Virus record (IMG/VR): IMGVR_UViG_3300002834_000023
Strand: one strand, 5' to 3'
Length of the DNA stretch: 64,000 nucleotides
Source: an uncultured virus (IMG/VR IMGVR_UViG_3300002834_000023)
Lineage: Duplodnaviria; Heunggongvirae; Uroviricota; Caudoviricetes
This document shows, one piece after another, positions 50,903 through 59,809 of this stretch. The notes under the pieces are model-generated. The model saw only the letters and a list, made by a program, of their open reading frames with translations. It was not told the DNA's origin and made no database searches. Position numbers and translations under genes: made by a program. The number at the start of each line of letters is the position of its first letter. The first letter of the stretch is position 1.

Positions 50903-51550
50903 ATGACAGTTTTAGAATACGATTACAACGATGTTTCATCTTGGTTAAACCCGCACGAAAACAGTTATAGAACATTGGAAGGCGTTACATTCAAAGGTAC
51001 TTATATTATGGATGCCTATAATGGTGTAAAGGAAATATTAGACAGTGTAGAAGTCTCTATTGACGGCTTTATGCTTGGTATTTCCGATCTGATAACAGGT
51101 ATTATTTTCAATGATAAATTTGCGGAAAAATTATATAATATTTGTTACAACATTGACAATTCTTGTTTGGGCAAAATTAGAAAATTGCTTGGATATGAAA
51201 AGAAAGTTATTTGTGGTGATGATTATTTTTATTTCCGAACAAACTTTGAATATGATATAACCTTTTTTGAGGCACTTTCAAGGCTTATGGTTGAACTTGG
51301 ACAAGACGATGTATTGTATGATGCAAAAAGTATTGGAACCAATAAGAAACAGCCAAAAACTATGAAATTTATTATTTACGATTTTGAGGGACAAGAGGCT
51401 GTTAGCGAGGACGGATTTTATTATGATGTTGTATATTCCAATCCGTTAAATGAATTGCAAAATGTATATCCAAAACTTGTGGATAGAGGTTTTTATCAAA
51501 TGAATGATGAAGAATGTTATTTTATTAACACAACACAAAAAGTATTATGA
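50903..51550 (+). CDS. Hypothetical early protein
   Basis: 215 aa after promoter 50824. Confidence 0.8.
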   Translation: MTVLEYDYNDVSSWLNPHENSYRTLEGVTFKGTYIMDAYNGVKEILDSVEVSIDGFMLGISDLITGIIFNDKFAEKLYNICYNIDNSCLGKIRKLLGYEKKVICGDDYFYFRTNFEYDITFFEALSRLMVELGQDDVLYDAKSIGTNKKQPKTMKFIIYDFEGQEAVSEDGFYYDVVYSNPLNELQNVYPKLVDRGFYQMNDEECYFINTTQKVL

Positions 51551-51756
51551 AAACTTTTGTTTCTTATGTATATGGTGAATCAGCTATTTTAGGTTTACAA
51601 CCCTATAATAACAATGTATATGTACCGAGAGTTGGTGAAACTATCCGTTTTATGAGTGGAGGTTTAAACAAAGTATTAAGAGTTAAACATATTGAAACTT
51701 GTATATCTGATGAAGGTATAATAATAAATATAGTTTTAACATCCAGTAAAGATTAA
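51547..51756 (+). CDS. Hypothetical protein
   Basis: ATGA overlap; VPRVGE. Confidence 0.6.
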   Translation: MKTFVSYVYGESAILGLQPYNNNVYVPRVGETIRFMSGGLNKVLRVKHIETCISDEGIIINIVLTSSKD

Positions 51757-51814
51757 ATAAGATTTATTTTTGTACTTTTGTAATAGAATTAAAACAATAA
51801 AATAAAAAACAGTT

Positions 51815-52099
51815 ATGAAAAATTCAGGCAGAGTTATCGTTGAAGTTGGGTACTATGAGGTTAATGTACGTCCAGCAAAAAAAGGTGAAAAAGGACAAAG
51901 GTTTATTGGTGCAGGTGGGTTGTTTACACATCATACCAACCTTTTTAATAGTGTTGGGAACTTTATCCGACACGCTGAAAAGATGAATTTTTATGACAGT
52001 ATTTCCTATCACAAAGATTTGGAAAGTGAAGTATTGGAATTTTATGGCGATGTTGCTGAAATCCAATGGACAGAAGATGGAGAACGTTTTTACTTTTAA
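51815..52099 (+). CDS. Hypothetical early protein
   Basis: After promoter 51736. Confidence 0.7.
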   Translation: MKNSGRVIVEVGYYEVNVRPAKKGEKGQRFIGAGGLFTHHTNLFNSVGNFIRHAEKMNFYDSISYHKDLESEVLEFYGDVAEIQWTEDGERFYF

Positions 52100-52303
52100 C
52101 AAATAACAATTATGTTACAACAGATACATATAGGATATATTGAGAAAAAGACTGATTATGATATTCTTAATTGGAGTGAATATTCAATGGAAGTTATAAA
52201 CAGACATAATAGTGATGGAAAAGTGATTATAGTTAATATTGAAAATAAAGATCACAAGCAAATTATAGAACGATTGAATAATCTTTAAAAATAAAAAAAC
52301 AGT

Positions 52304-52597
52304 ATGAGAGCAAAAGAAGTTTATGAATATGGACAATGTTCGGGAAATAAATATAGACGTGGTAATGTTGCCAGACAACTCGACAAGTTTGAGTTTGATA
52401 ATCCAATTGGACGGGTAATCATTCATACTGAAGCCCCCTTTAATATCAAAAGGGATGGTACATATCCCAAAAAAGAAGGATGGATTGAATTACATGGCGA
52501 ATTACAGTTTGCAGGAAATCCTTATACAACAACTGATATTTGGGTTAAAACAGCCACAAAGGGTGGTAGAAGAAGAACATGGGTACGATCAACTTAA
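52304..52597 (+). CDS. Hypothetical protein
   Basis: 97-aa ORF. Confidence 0.65.
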   Translation: MRAKEVYEYGQCSGNKYRRGNVARQLDKFEFDNPIGRVIIHTEAPFNIKRDGTYPKKEGWIELHGELQFAGNPYTTTDIWVKTATKGGRRRTWVRST

Positions 52598-52606
52598 TAT
52601 ACTCAA

Positions 52607-52819
52607 ATGAGTACAAAATTAAGTAAAAAACAATGGGACGCTTTAAACAATGCTGATTTAAGGCTTGAAGGCATAAAGGGCGTTGTTGGTTGTCCCATAC
52701 AGTTTTCATATAAAGGTAAATCAATGAATGGAATTTGTATATCTGTTCATGAATATCCAACACCTGGTTTAGAATTGGGTAGTCATTTTTATACAGTTAG
52801 TACATTTGTTAAAAAATAA
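52607..52819 (+). CDS. Hypothetical protein
   Basis: ATG inside palindrome 52600. Confidence 0.6.
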   Translation: MSTKLSKKQWDALNNADLRLEGIKGVVGCPIQFSYKGKSMNGICISVHEYPTPGLELGSHFYTVSTFVKK

Positions 52820-52823
52820 AAAT

Positions 52824-54053
52824 ATGAGTAGTTTACATTTTTCAATAGGCGAAGGCTTCCATAGTATCATACTTGGTATTGCACGTGAACATTTATGTAA
52901 GTGTGATACTAAAAAATCTATTGCAATGTTTACAGAGGGTTGTGGTATGGATACTGATATGGCTATACAAGTCATAAAAGGGGAATTAGGGTTGGATACT
53001 GATATTGAAAATCAATCTGTTGTTGTTAATGAAAATGGGGATAATTGGTTTGAAAAAGAGTTTAAAAAAATTATAAAATTTCAAATTAAAGATAAAGTAG
53101 AACATTTTACCTATTGTCATTTAGATTTGCTACAAATATTGAAAGATTTTGTATATGATGATGTTGGTAAATATGATAATAATCCAACTATATCTGTAAA
53201 GATTGATGTTGATATTAAAACATATATTACTAATGGAAATGTTAAAGTTGAATCTCCTGTTAGCGCAGTAATAGAACGTGCTAAAAACATAATACAGAAA
53301 ATTAATGACTATCACAATTTATCTGTTTTTGGATTGAATAGTGATGACTTGGAACTATTATATTATCAAACAGCAAGAAAAGAATTTTCAGATAAAGTTT
53401 TAAAACATATCCAATTATGGAGTATTCAAGATTTTCGTGATTGTGAATTTCATTTATGTTTAGCAATAAACAATATTACAAATTACAATTATAGAAAAGC
53501 AAAAGATTTTATTAGCTCTGGTGATTGTTCAATATTACCTGGAATGGGTAGTGTTGAGAATTATATTGAGAATTATATTAATGCTTTAAAAGAATTGGAT
53601 GAACGTGAATTATCGGTTCCTGTTCATAAGTACAAAGAAAAAATCAACCATTTTTATAATGCTTATTGGATTGATAGAGAAGGTAATGCTTATGGTGCGG
53701 AAGGACCTGTGTCAGCTATGCTTCATATAAATATGGCAGATGCTATTTGTGACAAGTTTTATCCTGATTGTAAAGAAGATAAAAGTTCACACTTAGAAAG
53801 ATTAGGATATGTCAAAATAAGTGATAACTGGGTGTTATATTTGTCTGATTACATTGATTTAAGTGACAGTTTACAAATTGAAAGAAAGTTTGCTGAACCA
53901 ATCACAGAAAAACAAAAAGAAACCATTTGTAACATATTCTCACAAGGTAAACGAATAGATACGTTTTATGCAGGATATAGCAGACAATTAATTTCATTAA
54001 GTAAATTTAAACAAATGGATGGATTTATGTTAAATAACTTATTTAAACTATAA
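52824..54053 (+). CDS. Hypothetical protein (about 409 aa)
   Basis: Long ORF; no recognised motif. Confidence 0.85.
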   Translation: MSSLHFSIGEGFHSIILGIAREHLCKCDTKKSIAMFTEGCGMDTDMAIQVIKGELGLDTDIENQSVVVNENGDNWFEKEFKKIIKFQIKDKVEHFTYCHLDLLQILKDFVYDDVGKYDNNPTISVKIDVDIKTYITNGNVKVESPVSAVIERAKNIIQKINDYHNLSVFGLNSDDLELLYYQTARKEFSDKVLKHIQLWSIQDFRDCEFHLCLAINNITNYNYRKAKDFISSGDCSILPGMGSVENYIENYINALKELDERELSVPVHKYKEKINHFYNAYWIDREGNAYGAEGPVSAMLHINMADAICDKFYPDCKEDKSSHLERLGYVKISDNWVLYLSDYIDLSDSLQIERKFAEPITEKQKETICNIFSQGKRIDTFYAGYSRQLISLSKFKQMDGFMLNNLFKL

Positions 54054-54059
54054 AAAAAA

Positions 54060-54257
54060 ATGGAAACAAAACTTGTAACAAAGAATGAATTTTGGAAAGA
54101 ATATAATAAATTGAGTGATGCCGAAAAGATAAAGGTTCTGTATGAGGCTTTAGAATATATGCAATCGTATAATGGTAGGTCAAAAAGTACATGTATTGCT
54201 ATGGCAATGGGGATGTATATAAAAGAGGAAGATGATCAATACGATGAAGAAGAATAA
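54060..54257 (+). CDS. Hypothetical protein
   Basis: 65-aa ORF. Confidence 0.65.
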   Translation: METKLVTKNEFWKEYNKLSDAEKIKVLYEALEYMQSYNGRSKSTCIAMAMGMYIKEEDDQYDEEE

Positions 54258-54437
54258 AATATACTGTTTTTTAGTTTTGTTAAACTTGTATCCCCATTCT
54301 TGTTTGTCGCATGGGGAATAGTGATGGTAGGTTGTTGCGAAACACCCTACCATTAAATTTTTTAACATCCAGAAGAAATAAAATTAGATAAGATTTAGTA
54401 TCTTTGTAGTAGAAAGTTTAACAAATAAATAAAAAAA

Positions 54438-54677
54438 ATGAGAACTATTAAAATTGAAAGAAAGTACAAATATGAGGGAGCAAGATGTCATATTGTATTC
54501 ATTACTGATTGGAATTTCAAACAATGGACACTCCAAGCAGATTCAAATTGGGAGTATTTTTTAAATGCACCTGGATTTATGGCTTGCACCTTTAAAAATG
54601 ACAGAGAGTTTATTACTAAAATGTATGGTGATGAACAAATTGGGGATTTTGTAAATTATGAAGTTGAAATCATTTAA
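54438..54677 (+). CDS. Hypothetical early protein
   Basis: After promoter 54362. Confidence 0.65.
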   Translation: MRTIKIERKYKYEGARCHIVFITDWNFKQWTLQADSNWEYFLNAPGFMACTFKNDREFITKMYGDEQIGDFVNYEVEII

Positions 54678-54691
54678 AAACAATAAAAGTT

Positions 54692-55096
54692 ATGGGATTT
54701 TTTAGTTGGAAAACGCAAGATAGTCACCGTTCAATAACAAACAGATATTGTGAATATCATAACACATTTCGGGTAATCATGTGTGATGATAAAGGCAATC
54801 AGTGGGTTGAAGATAACTATGAAGGTTATGGTGAATTTGGGGGCAAGGACTATTACGAATTACTTGCAGAAATGAATGGAAAAAAAACAAGGGAAGAAGG
54901 TCTTGAATTAGAATTTACCAACAATAATAAAAATGTGATGTTTCCTTCCTTAAGTGAATGTGGTGATTATTCTTATAATGGAAAAGCACCTGAATATTGT
55001 GAATTTCAAGGTTATTTTTATCCTGATGAAGATGATGATGATTTGGGTGGATTTGATTATTATGATGTTGAAGATGAAGTATATGAAGAAGAATAA
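54692..55096 (+). CDS. Conserved phage hypothetical protein with acidic tail
   Basis: MGFFSWKT...YEGYGEFGGKDYYELLA.MN. Confidence 0.75.
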   Translation: MGFFSWKTQDSHRSITNRYCEYHNTFRVIMCDDKGNQWVEDNYEGYGEFGGKDYYELLAEMNGKKTREEGLELEFTNNNKNVMFPSLSECGDYSYNGKAPEYCEFQGYFYPDEDDDDLGGFDYYDVEDEVYEEE

Positions 55097-55322
55097 TTAT
55101 AAACCCATAGATGATAATGGGATTAGGAAAATAGTCAGATGTATTGCATCATCCACACAGGAAATACATTTGGAAAATATTACAAAATGGATAAACAAAA
55201 TTAATCTAAGTGATAATCAAAGAACAAAGATTAAAAATCTGATAAAATTGGCATACCAAAAAGATTATAGTTTTGATGTTTTGTATGATGCTATGTTCGC
55301 TGATGATATAATCTTTATATAA
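55083..55322 (+). CDS. Hypothetical protein
   Basis: ATG 55083 overlapping upstream stop. Confidence 0.55.
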   Translation: MKKNNYKPIDDNGIRKIVRCIASSTQEIHLENITKWINKINLSDNQRTKIKNLIKLAYQKDYSFDVLYDAMFADDIIFI

Positions 55323-55455
55323 GATAAATAGTGAGTAATTGGGGATAATTTTCCCCACTACCATATATGTTAAAATATGTATAAATAATTTATTTAACAT
55401 CCAGTTTAAATTATTTCATTTATATTTTTATATTTTTGTAATAAAATAAACAAAA

Positions 55456-55851
55456 ATGGATATACAAGATTTTATAAATAGAACCGATTTAAACTCTCTC
55501 AATAAGGTAGAATTAGACTTTATTTTTAGAGAGTGTTATGGTGGTGTAAAACCATTGATAGGTCATTTGTTACCATATAAAGCAAAAAATGGGGTTAATT
55601 TTAGAGTTGATAGTATCAGTGTAACTGCTGCTGGCAAAGGTGTGATTTATGTTGATAATTGTTATTATGGAATTAGACCTGATGGAAAAGATTATGGTTT
55701 AATATTACAATTTAAACCATTATTTACTAATGAATCTTGTGCTTATATTTCTTTTTATATAAAAGAAATTAATACTGACGTATTAGATGAATTTGCAGAA
55801 AAGATTAAAGAAAAAGTTAATAATTATTTTGAACATCAAAAAATTAAATAA
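55456..55851 (+). CDS. Hypothetical early protein
   Basis: After promoter 55394. Confidence 0.7.
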   Translation: MDIQDFINRTDLNSLNKVELDFIFRECYGGVKPLIGHLLPYKAKNGVNFRVDSISVTAAGKGVIYVDNCYYGIRPDGKDYGLILQFKPLFTNESCAYISFYIKEINTDVLDEFAEKIKEKVNNYFEHQKIK

Positions 55852-55853
55852 AA

Positions 55854-56054
55854 ATGAATACAAACAGAGTTTTTATAGGTTTATCACCTAACAATTATTA
55901 TCAATACCCATACTATATTGAAATTTGGGGACACAAAATGTCCAATGGAACTATTGTATTATCTATGAAGCTTGGGGATAAATTTTTATATCCAAAAGAA
56001 TACACTGTGAATGAAATTGAATTGATTAAAAAGGCTGATGAAATTTTAAAATGA
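55854..56054 (+). CDS. Hypothetical protein
   Basis: 66-aa ORF. Confidence 0.55.
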   Translation: MNTNRVFIGLSPNNYYQYPYYIEIWGHKMSNGTIVLSMKLGDKFLYPKEYTVNEIELIKKADEILK

Positions 56055-56428
56055 AAATAACCGATATTATAAACGTAATTGAACTCCAAAATGGAGTTGT
56101 TATTGACAACATTGCCAGCTTTTTGGTTATTGATGAAGAATGTGCAAATGTACGCAAGAGCGCAAGTGGTGCTGGGTTTATATTTTCACCTGCTGATAAC
56201 AAAGAGAATGAAAATGTTGCTAATGATGCAGCCGAAGCATATTTTATCAATAAGGTTGAAAAAATCCTATCACAAAATTTCAATAAGGAATATATTAACA
56301 AATTTTTGGTATGTAGCGGTTTTAAAACCATTAAGGAATATGCTAAAGATTGCTTCAATAATGGTGGTTTATTTTCCCATAGTCATTACAAAGTTGTAGT
56401 AAGTAATTCTAATACTATTGTACAATAA
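56051..56428 (+). CDS. Hypothetical protein
   Basis: 125 aa; N-terminus resembles 30085..30435. Confidence 0.65.
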   Translation: MKITDIINVIELQNGVVIDNIASFLVIDEECANVRKSASGAGFIFSPADNKENENVANDAAEAYFINKVEKILSQNFNKEYINKFLVCSGFKTIKEYAKDCFNNGGLFSHSHYKVVVSNSNTIVQ

Positions 56429-56485
56429 TACTCAAATGAGTATATTTAAGATTGCAGTTGGTATTTATTAAAAAAAGTATTGGTT

Positions 56486-56671
56486 ATGACTTACATAGTA
56501 TTATTTGCAATCATTTTAATTGGGTGCGGTTTTTTATATTGGTGGTGTAATCCATCATTTGACATAATTAAAAGTAACAACCAAATGACAGGTGTATTAG
56601 AAAAACATCTGATTGTTTGGTTTTCCCATATCAAGTATAGGGATAGAAATTACATAAGAATTAAAATTTAA
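56486..56671 (+). CDS. Small membrane protein
   Basis: N-terminal TM helix; stop in motif 56668. Confidence 0.55.
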   Translation: MTYIVLFAIILIGCGFLYWWCNPSFDIIKSNNQMTGVLEKHLIVWFSHIKYRDRNYIRIKI

Positions 56672-56737
56672 CATCCAGTTTGTTTTATTTTAGATAAAAA
56701 ATTAATATCTTTGTAATCAATAAAGATAAAAAAAGTT

Positions 56738-57106
56738 ATGGACATAAACATTACAACCCCACAGCGTTTCACACCCCAAATCCAAAAGGATTACAATACT
56801 AAAAGTTACAAAAGAAAGGAATTTGTAGACCTTTTTTATCAGTATAATGAATGGGTACAAAACTATAAAAAACTTGGTAGGAATGATATTTGTACCTGTG
56901 GTTCGGGAAAAAAATATAAAAAATGTTGCGGGGTAAAACACCAAAATGGTGAGTTTAAAAAATTTGAAAAATTATCACGTTACGGATATAATATCAATAA
57001 ATTAACTGAAGAAGATATTGTAAATTACTTCAATGTTTATGGTGTAAAAGAAGTTGGTACAAATGATTTTGGACAAAAAATAGAAACTATCAAAATATTA
57101 TTTTAA
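56738..57106 (+). CDS. SEC-C motif protein
   Basis: [18 protein letters not shown]. Confidence 0.8.
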   Translation: MDINITTPQRFTPQIQKDYNTKSYKRKEFVDLFYQYNEWVQNYKKLGRNDICTCGSGKKYKKCCGVKHQNGEFKKFEKLSRYGYNINKLTEEDIVNYFNVYGVKEVGTNDFGQKIETIKILF

Positions 57107-57107
57107 T

Positions 57108-57623
57108 ATGGAAAAGATGACTATGAATAAAGAAATTATGATGAATTATATAGATTATAGTAATTTAATTTCTAATGGTGAATTTACAAAACGTTTACCA
57201 AAACCAAAAGGTATGTTCCCCCGATTAATGGATTTTGAGGGTGTTGCAACATCCGAGAGAGAACCTATATTGTTACGAATGAAAACAATTGAACATATTA
57301 ATGAAAATGAAATTAATGTAACATTTTTTACAAAAAAATCATGGGAAGAACGCCAAGAAGAATTTGATAAACAAAGATATATTCAAAAGTTTTTAGATAA
57401 TTGTTATGACAGTTTAGATGCCTTTAAATCGGGATTAAATGAGTTAATTAAGGAACATGAACTGGAACTTGCAAGTTTTGCAAATGCTAATATACATAAA
57501 AGGGGGAAAATTACTGTTAGAACATTTGATAAACGTTTTCGTGTATATGAAAATGATATACAAATCATTGAAACATCCATTATTGAAGAAGCCATTGTTG
57601 CATTTGAACGAATACAAGAATGA
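57108..57623 (+). CDS. Hypothetical protein
   Basis: 171-aa ORF. Confidence 0.7.
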   Translation: MEKMTMNKEIMMNYIDYSNLISNGEFTKRLPKPKGMFPRLMDFEGVATSEREPILLRMKTIEHINENEINVTFFTKKSWEERQEEFDKQRYIQKFLDNCYDSLDAFKSGLNELIKEHELELASFANANIHKRGKITVRTFDKRFRVYENDIQIIETSIIEEAIVAFERIQE

Positions 57624-57875
57624 TACAATCAGGAAAATTTAAAAAGCGACTAAAAGCATTGGAAGAAAGAACGGTAAAGGAAAATCAAATAAAAGTATTT
57701 AAACATAAAATACAACAAATAGAAAAAATTGAAGAAGAAATTCCAGAAGATATAATTCAAGTTAATGGTATTGAGATATACATAATTTAATGTGTTTAAT
57801 TAAACTTAAACACATTTTTTAACATCCAGTTTTAGAAACTTAAATATATTTTTTGTATATTTGCATTGAATTAAT

Positions 57876-57980
57876 AAGGGAAGATATTCGGTATATGGGG
57901 AATCACAGCAAGCCATATATTCCAAACTGACAAGTGGGCATCAAGGCTGATGAGGGTATGTAGAATATCTCCTTTTTTTA
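57876..57980 (+). ncRNA. Small structured RNA or leader candidate (about 100 nt)
   Basis: After promoter 57819; AGATATTC/GAATATCT closing helix, TATATGG/CCATATA and CATCA/TGATG hairpins, T tract. Confidence 0.45.
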
Positions 57981-58013
57981 TTTAATATTTTTTAATAATA
58001 ATATAAATCTTAT

Positions 58014-58325
58014 ATGAAAGAATTGAATAAAAAATATACCAATAATTTGGAGAAAGCTGCAATAAGTAATGCAGAAAAATGTGGACATACTATTAAACCT
58101 ACTGATGTGGTTAATGGTAATGTCAAATCTCCCATATACAATTCATTTATCGCTGGGGCTGAATTTCACAGGGATAATGAAATGTTTGATGCTATGCAAT
58201 ATTATTTAGAATATGTAGAGAAGAATGGTTATACAAGTCCAAGAGAGTGGTTTTTGTATAAACGTCATTATCATAGTATTTGGGAAACAGATGGGGAATT
58301 TAAAAATAGAAAAGTATATGAATAA
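58014..58325 (+). CDS. Hypothetical protein
   Basis: 103-aa ORF. Confidence 0.65.
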   Translation: MKELNKKYTNNLEKAAISNAEKCGHTIKPTDVVNGNVKSPIYNSFIAGAEFHRDNEMFDAMQYYLEYVEKNGYTSPREWFLYKRHYHSIWETDGEFKNRKVYE

Positions 58326-58500
58326 AATGAAAGTAAGTGAGTTTACCAAATGGTTGACTACAAAAGCAAAGCAATTTGAATCTGATTGGAAAGAGAATAG
58401 AGAAATCAATGAAGATGATTATCCTGAAAAGATGTATCTATCCGATTGGTTTGAACAATTTAGTTTTTTTACAGATGAAACAGAAACAGATGGAGATTGA
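58318..58500 (+). CDS. Hypothetical protein
   Basis: MNKMKVSEF...; fills the gap. Confidence 0.5.
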   Translation: MNKMKVSEFTKWLTTKAKQFESDWKENREINEDDYPEKMYLSDWFEQFSFFTDETETDGD

Positions 58501-58693
58501 AAATCCAATTGAAAAATGTCATATTTGTGGTAGAGAAGTAAGACCATATAAATATGATGGAAAAGGTGCAATCTGTGTGGATTGTTTATTTGAACGAAAC
58601 TATACACCTCCAATTAAAAGCGATAAGGTTCAACGAAATGATCCTTGTCCATGTGGTTCTGGTTTGAAATATAAAAAGTGCTGTTTAAAATGA
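58490..58693 (+). CDS. Zinc-finger plus SEC-C motif protein
   Basis: CHICG...[22 protein letters not shown]. Confidence 0.75.
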   Translation: MEIENPIEKCHICGREVRPYKYDGKGAICVDCLFERNYTPPIKSDKVQRNDPCPCGSGLKYKKCCLK

Positions 58694-58881
58694 AAGTAAA
58701 AGATTTAGTCATAGGGAAAAAATATTTTTATGACCCATTTTTTGATGGTGATCCTGAAATTTTAACATATTCGGGATATGATAAAATATATGATTATAAA
58801 TTTAACAGAATTGATGATCCCCTTAACTATGAAACTTTAACTGAAAGAGGTGTACACTTTTTTATTGAAGAAATGATATAA
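58690..58881 (+). CDS. Hypothetical protein, paralog of 48112..48333
   Basis: See 48112. Confidence 0.6.
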   Translation: MKVKDLVIGKKYFYDPFFDGDPEILTYSGYDKIYDYKFNRIDDPLNYETLTERGVHFFIEEMI

Positions 58882-58915
58882 ATATACTCAAATGAGTACA
58901 ACAAAATAAGAAAAT

Positions 58916-59809
58916 ATGATATTTAGAAATATTGAAATACCAAAAACTAAACAGGAATTAATTGACAAGTTTCATAGTGAATTTCCTGTTGTTGGGGAAG
59001 AAGTTTATATAAAAAGAAAATGTTTAGGATATGTTAGTAAAAACCAAGATCCTGAAAGTTTTTCTTCTGAATATAGATTTACTGTAAGTTATGTTGATCA
59101 AGAAACTGGAAATATAAAAGGTAAAGCTTATGGATATAGTTCACAAGAAGTATCAAGAGGAAATTATAAAAGAAGTTCTTATGATATTGGAGCTAATCCA
59201 TTTTATACAGGAAAACATATTCGTGTTACCCCTTATACATTAGAAAGTATTTTAAGTCAATTAGGGTTATTAGATGAAACTCACAAAGAAAAATACTTTT
59301 TAAATGAAACTAATGGGGTGGGTGTTAAAAACCTAAACTGGAACCCATTTGTAACTGACAAAGATGGTAACAAACATTATTATCAAAGGGATTTCTGTTG
59401 GGGATTGAAAGATAAACAAATGTTAATTGAATCTATCTATAATGGGATTGATTGTGGTAAAATAATTATTAGACCAAGAAGTTTTAAGTGGATTGAAAAT
59501 CATGTTAAAACAGGGGAATGGCAAGATATTTTTTGGTATGATATTGTTGATGGAAAACAAAGATTAAATGCTATTCATGAATTTGTCTGGAATAAATTTA
59601 AAGATAATCATGGAAATTATTTTAAAGATTTATCAACTAAAGCACAAAATGCCATTGGGGATACTCAATTAATTACCTATGCCCAATTTGACGAAGATGT
59701 AAGTGATCAAGATGTTATTGAAACATTTATTCGTTTAAATATATTTGGTAAAGTTGTTAAAAAAACACACATTGATTCGGTTATGAAAATTAATGATATG
59801 CTTAAATAA
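58916..59809 (+). CDS. DUF262 (ParB-superfamily, GmrS-like) domain protein
   Basis: YQRDFCW, LIESI, IVDGKQRL, FIRLN. Confidence 0.8.
   Translation: MIFRNIEIPKTKQELIDKFHSEFPVVGEEVYIKRKCLGYVSKNQDPESFSSEYRFTVSYVDQETGNIKGKAYGYSSQEVSRGNYKRSSYDIGANPFYTGKHIRVTPYTLESILSQLGLLDETHKEKYFLNETNGVGVKNLNWNPFVTDKDGNKHYYQRDFCWGLKDKQMLIESIYNGIDCGKIIIRPRSFKWIENHVKTGEWQDIFWYDIVDGKQRLNAIHEFVWNKFKDNHGNYFKDLSTKAQNAIGDTQLITYAQFDEDVSDQDVIETFIRLNIFGKVVKKTHIDSVMKINDMLK

Larger units (their letters stand above)
126..57863. promoter_or_regulatory. Repeated phage promoter element TTAACATCCAG-N26(27)-TAnnTTTG, about 47 copies
   Basis: Motif starts on +: 126,4181,9716,15756,29238,29483,30009,30533(ATAAC variant),30842,31411,31755,32398,33255,33745,34339,36065,36708,37436,37935,38392,39165,39970,40645,41090,41591,41950,42604,43414,43875,44704,45649,46581,47032,47595,48330,48981,49786,50824,51736,54362,55394,56668,57819. 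On -: 27643,28218,28846,29113. Each is followed 26-27 nt later by the Bacteroidota -7 box TAnnTTTG and then an ATG or a structured RNA. Confidence 0.9.
29985..58898. repeat. Ten identical 14-bp palindromes TACTCA-AA-TGAGTA (protein-binding site candidate)
   Basis: Copies start at 29985,33164,36723,37080,40662,44656,50503,52600,56429,58885; all in the same orientation (central AA on +). Confidence 0.9.

Noticed and set aside
27600..57863. CRISPR array
   Set aside because: The repeat is only 11 bp, spacing is hundreds of bp and irregular, and the intervening DNA is genes
57940..57965. Hammerhead ribozyme (CTGATGAG)
   Set aside because: No correctly placed GAAA and stems II/III
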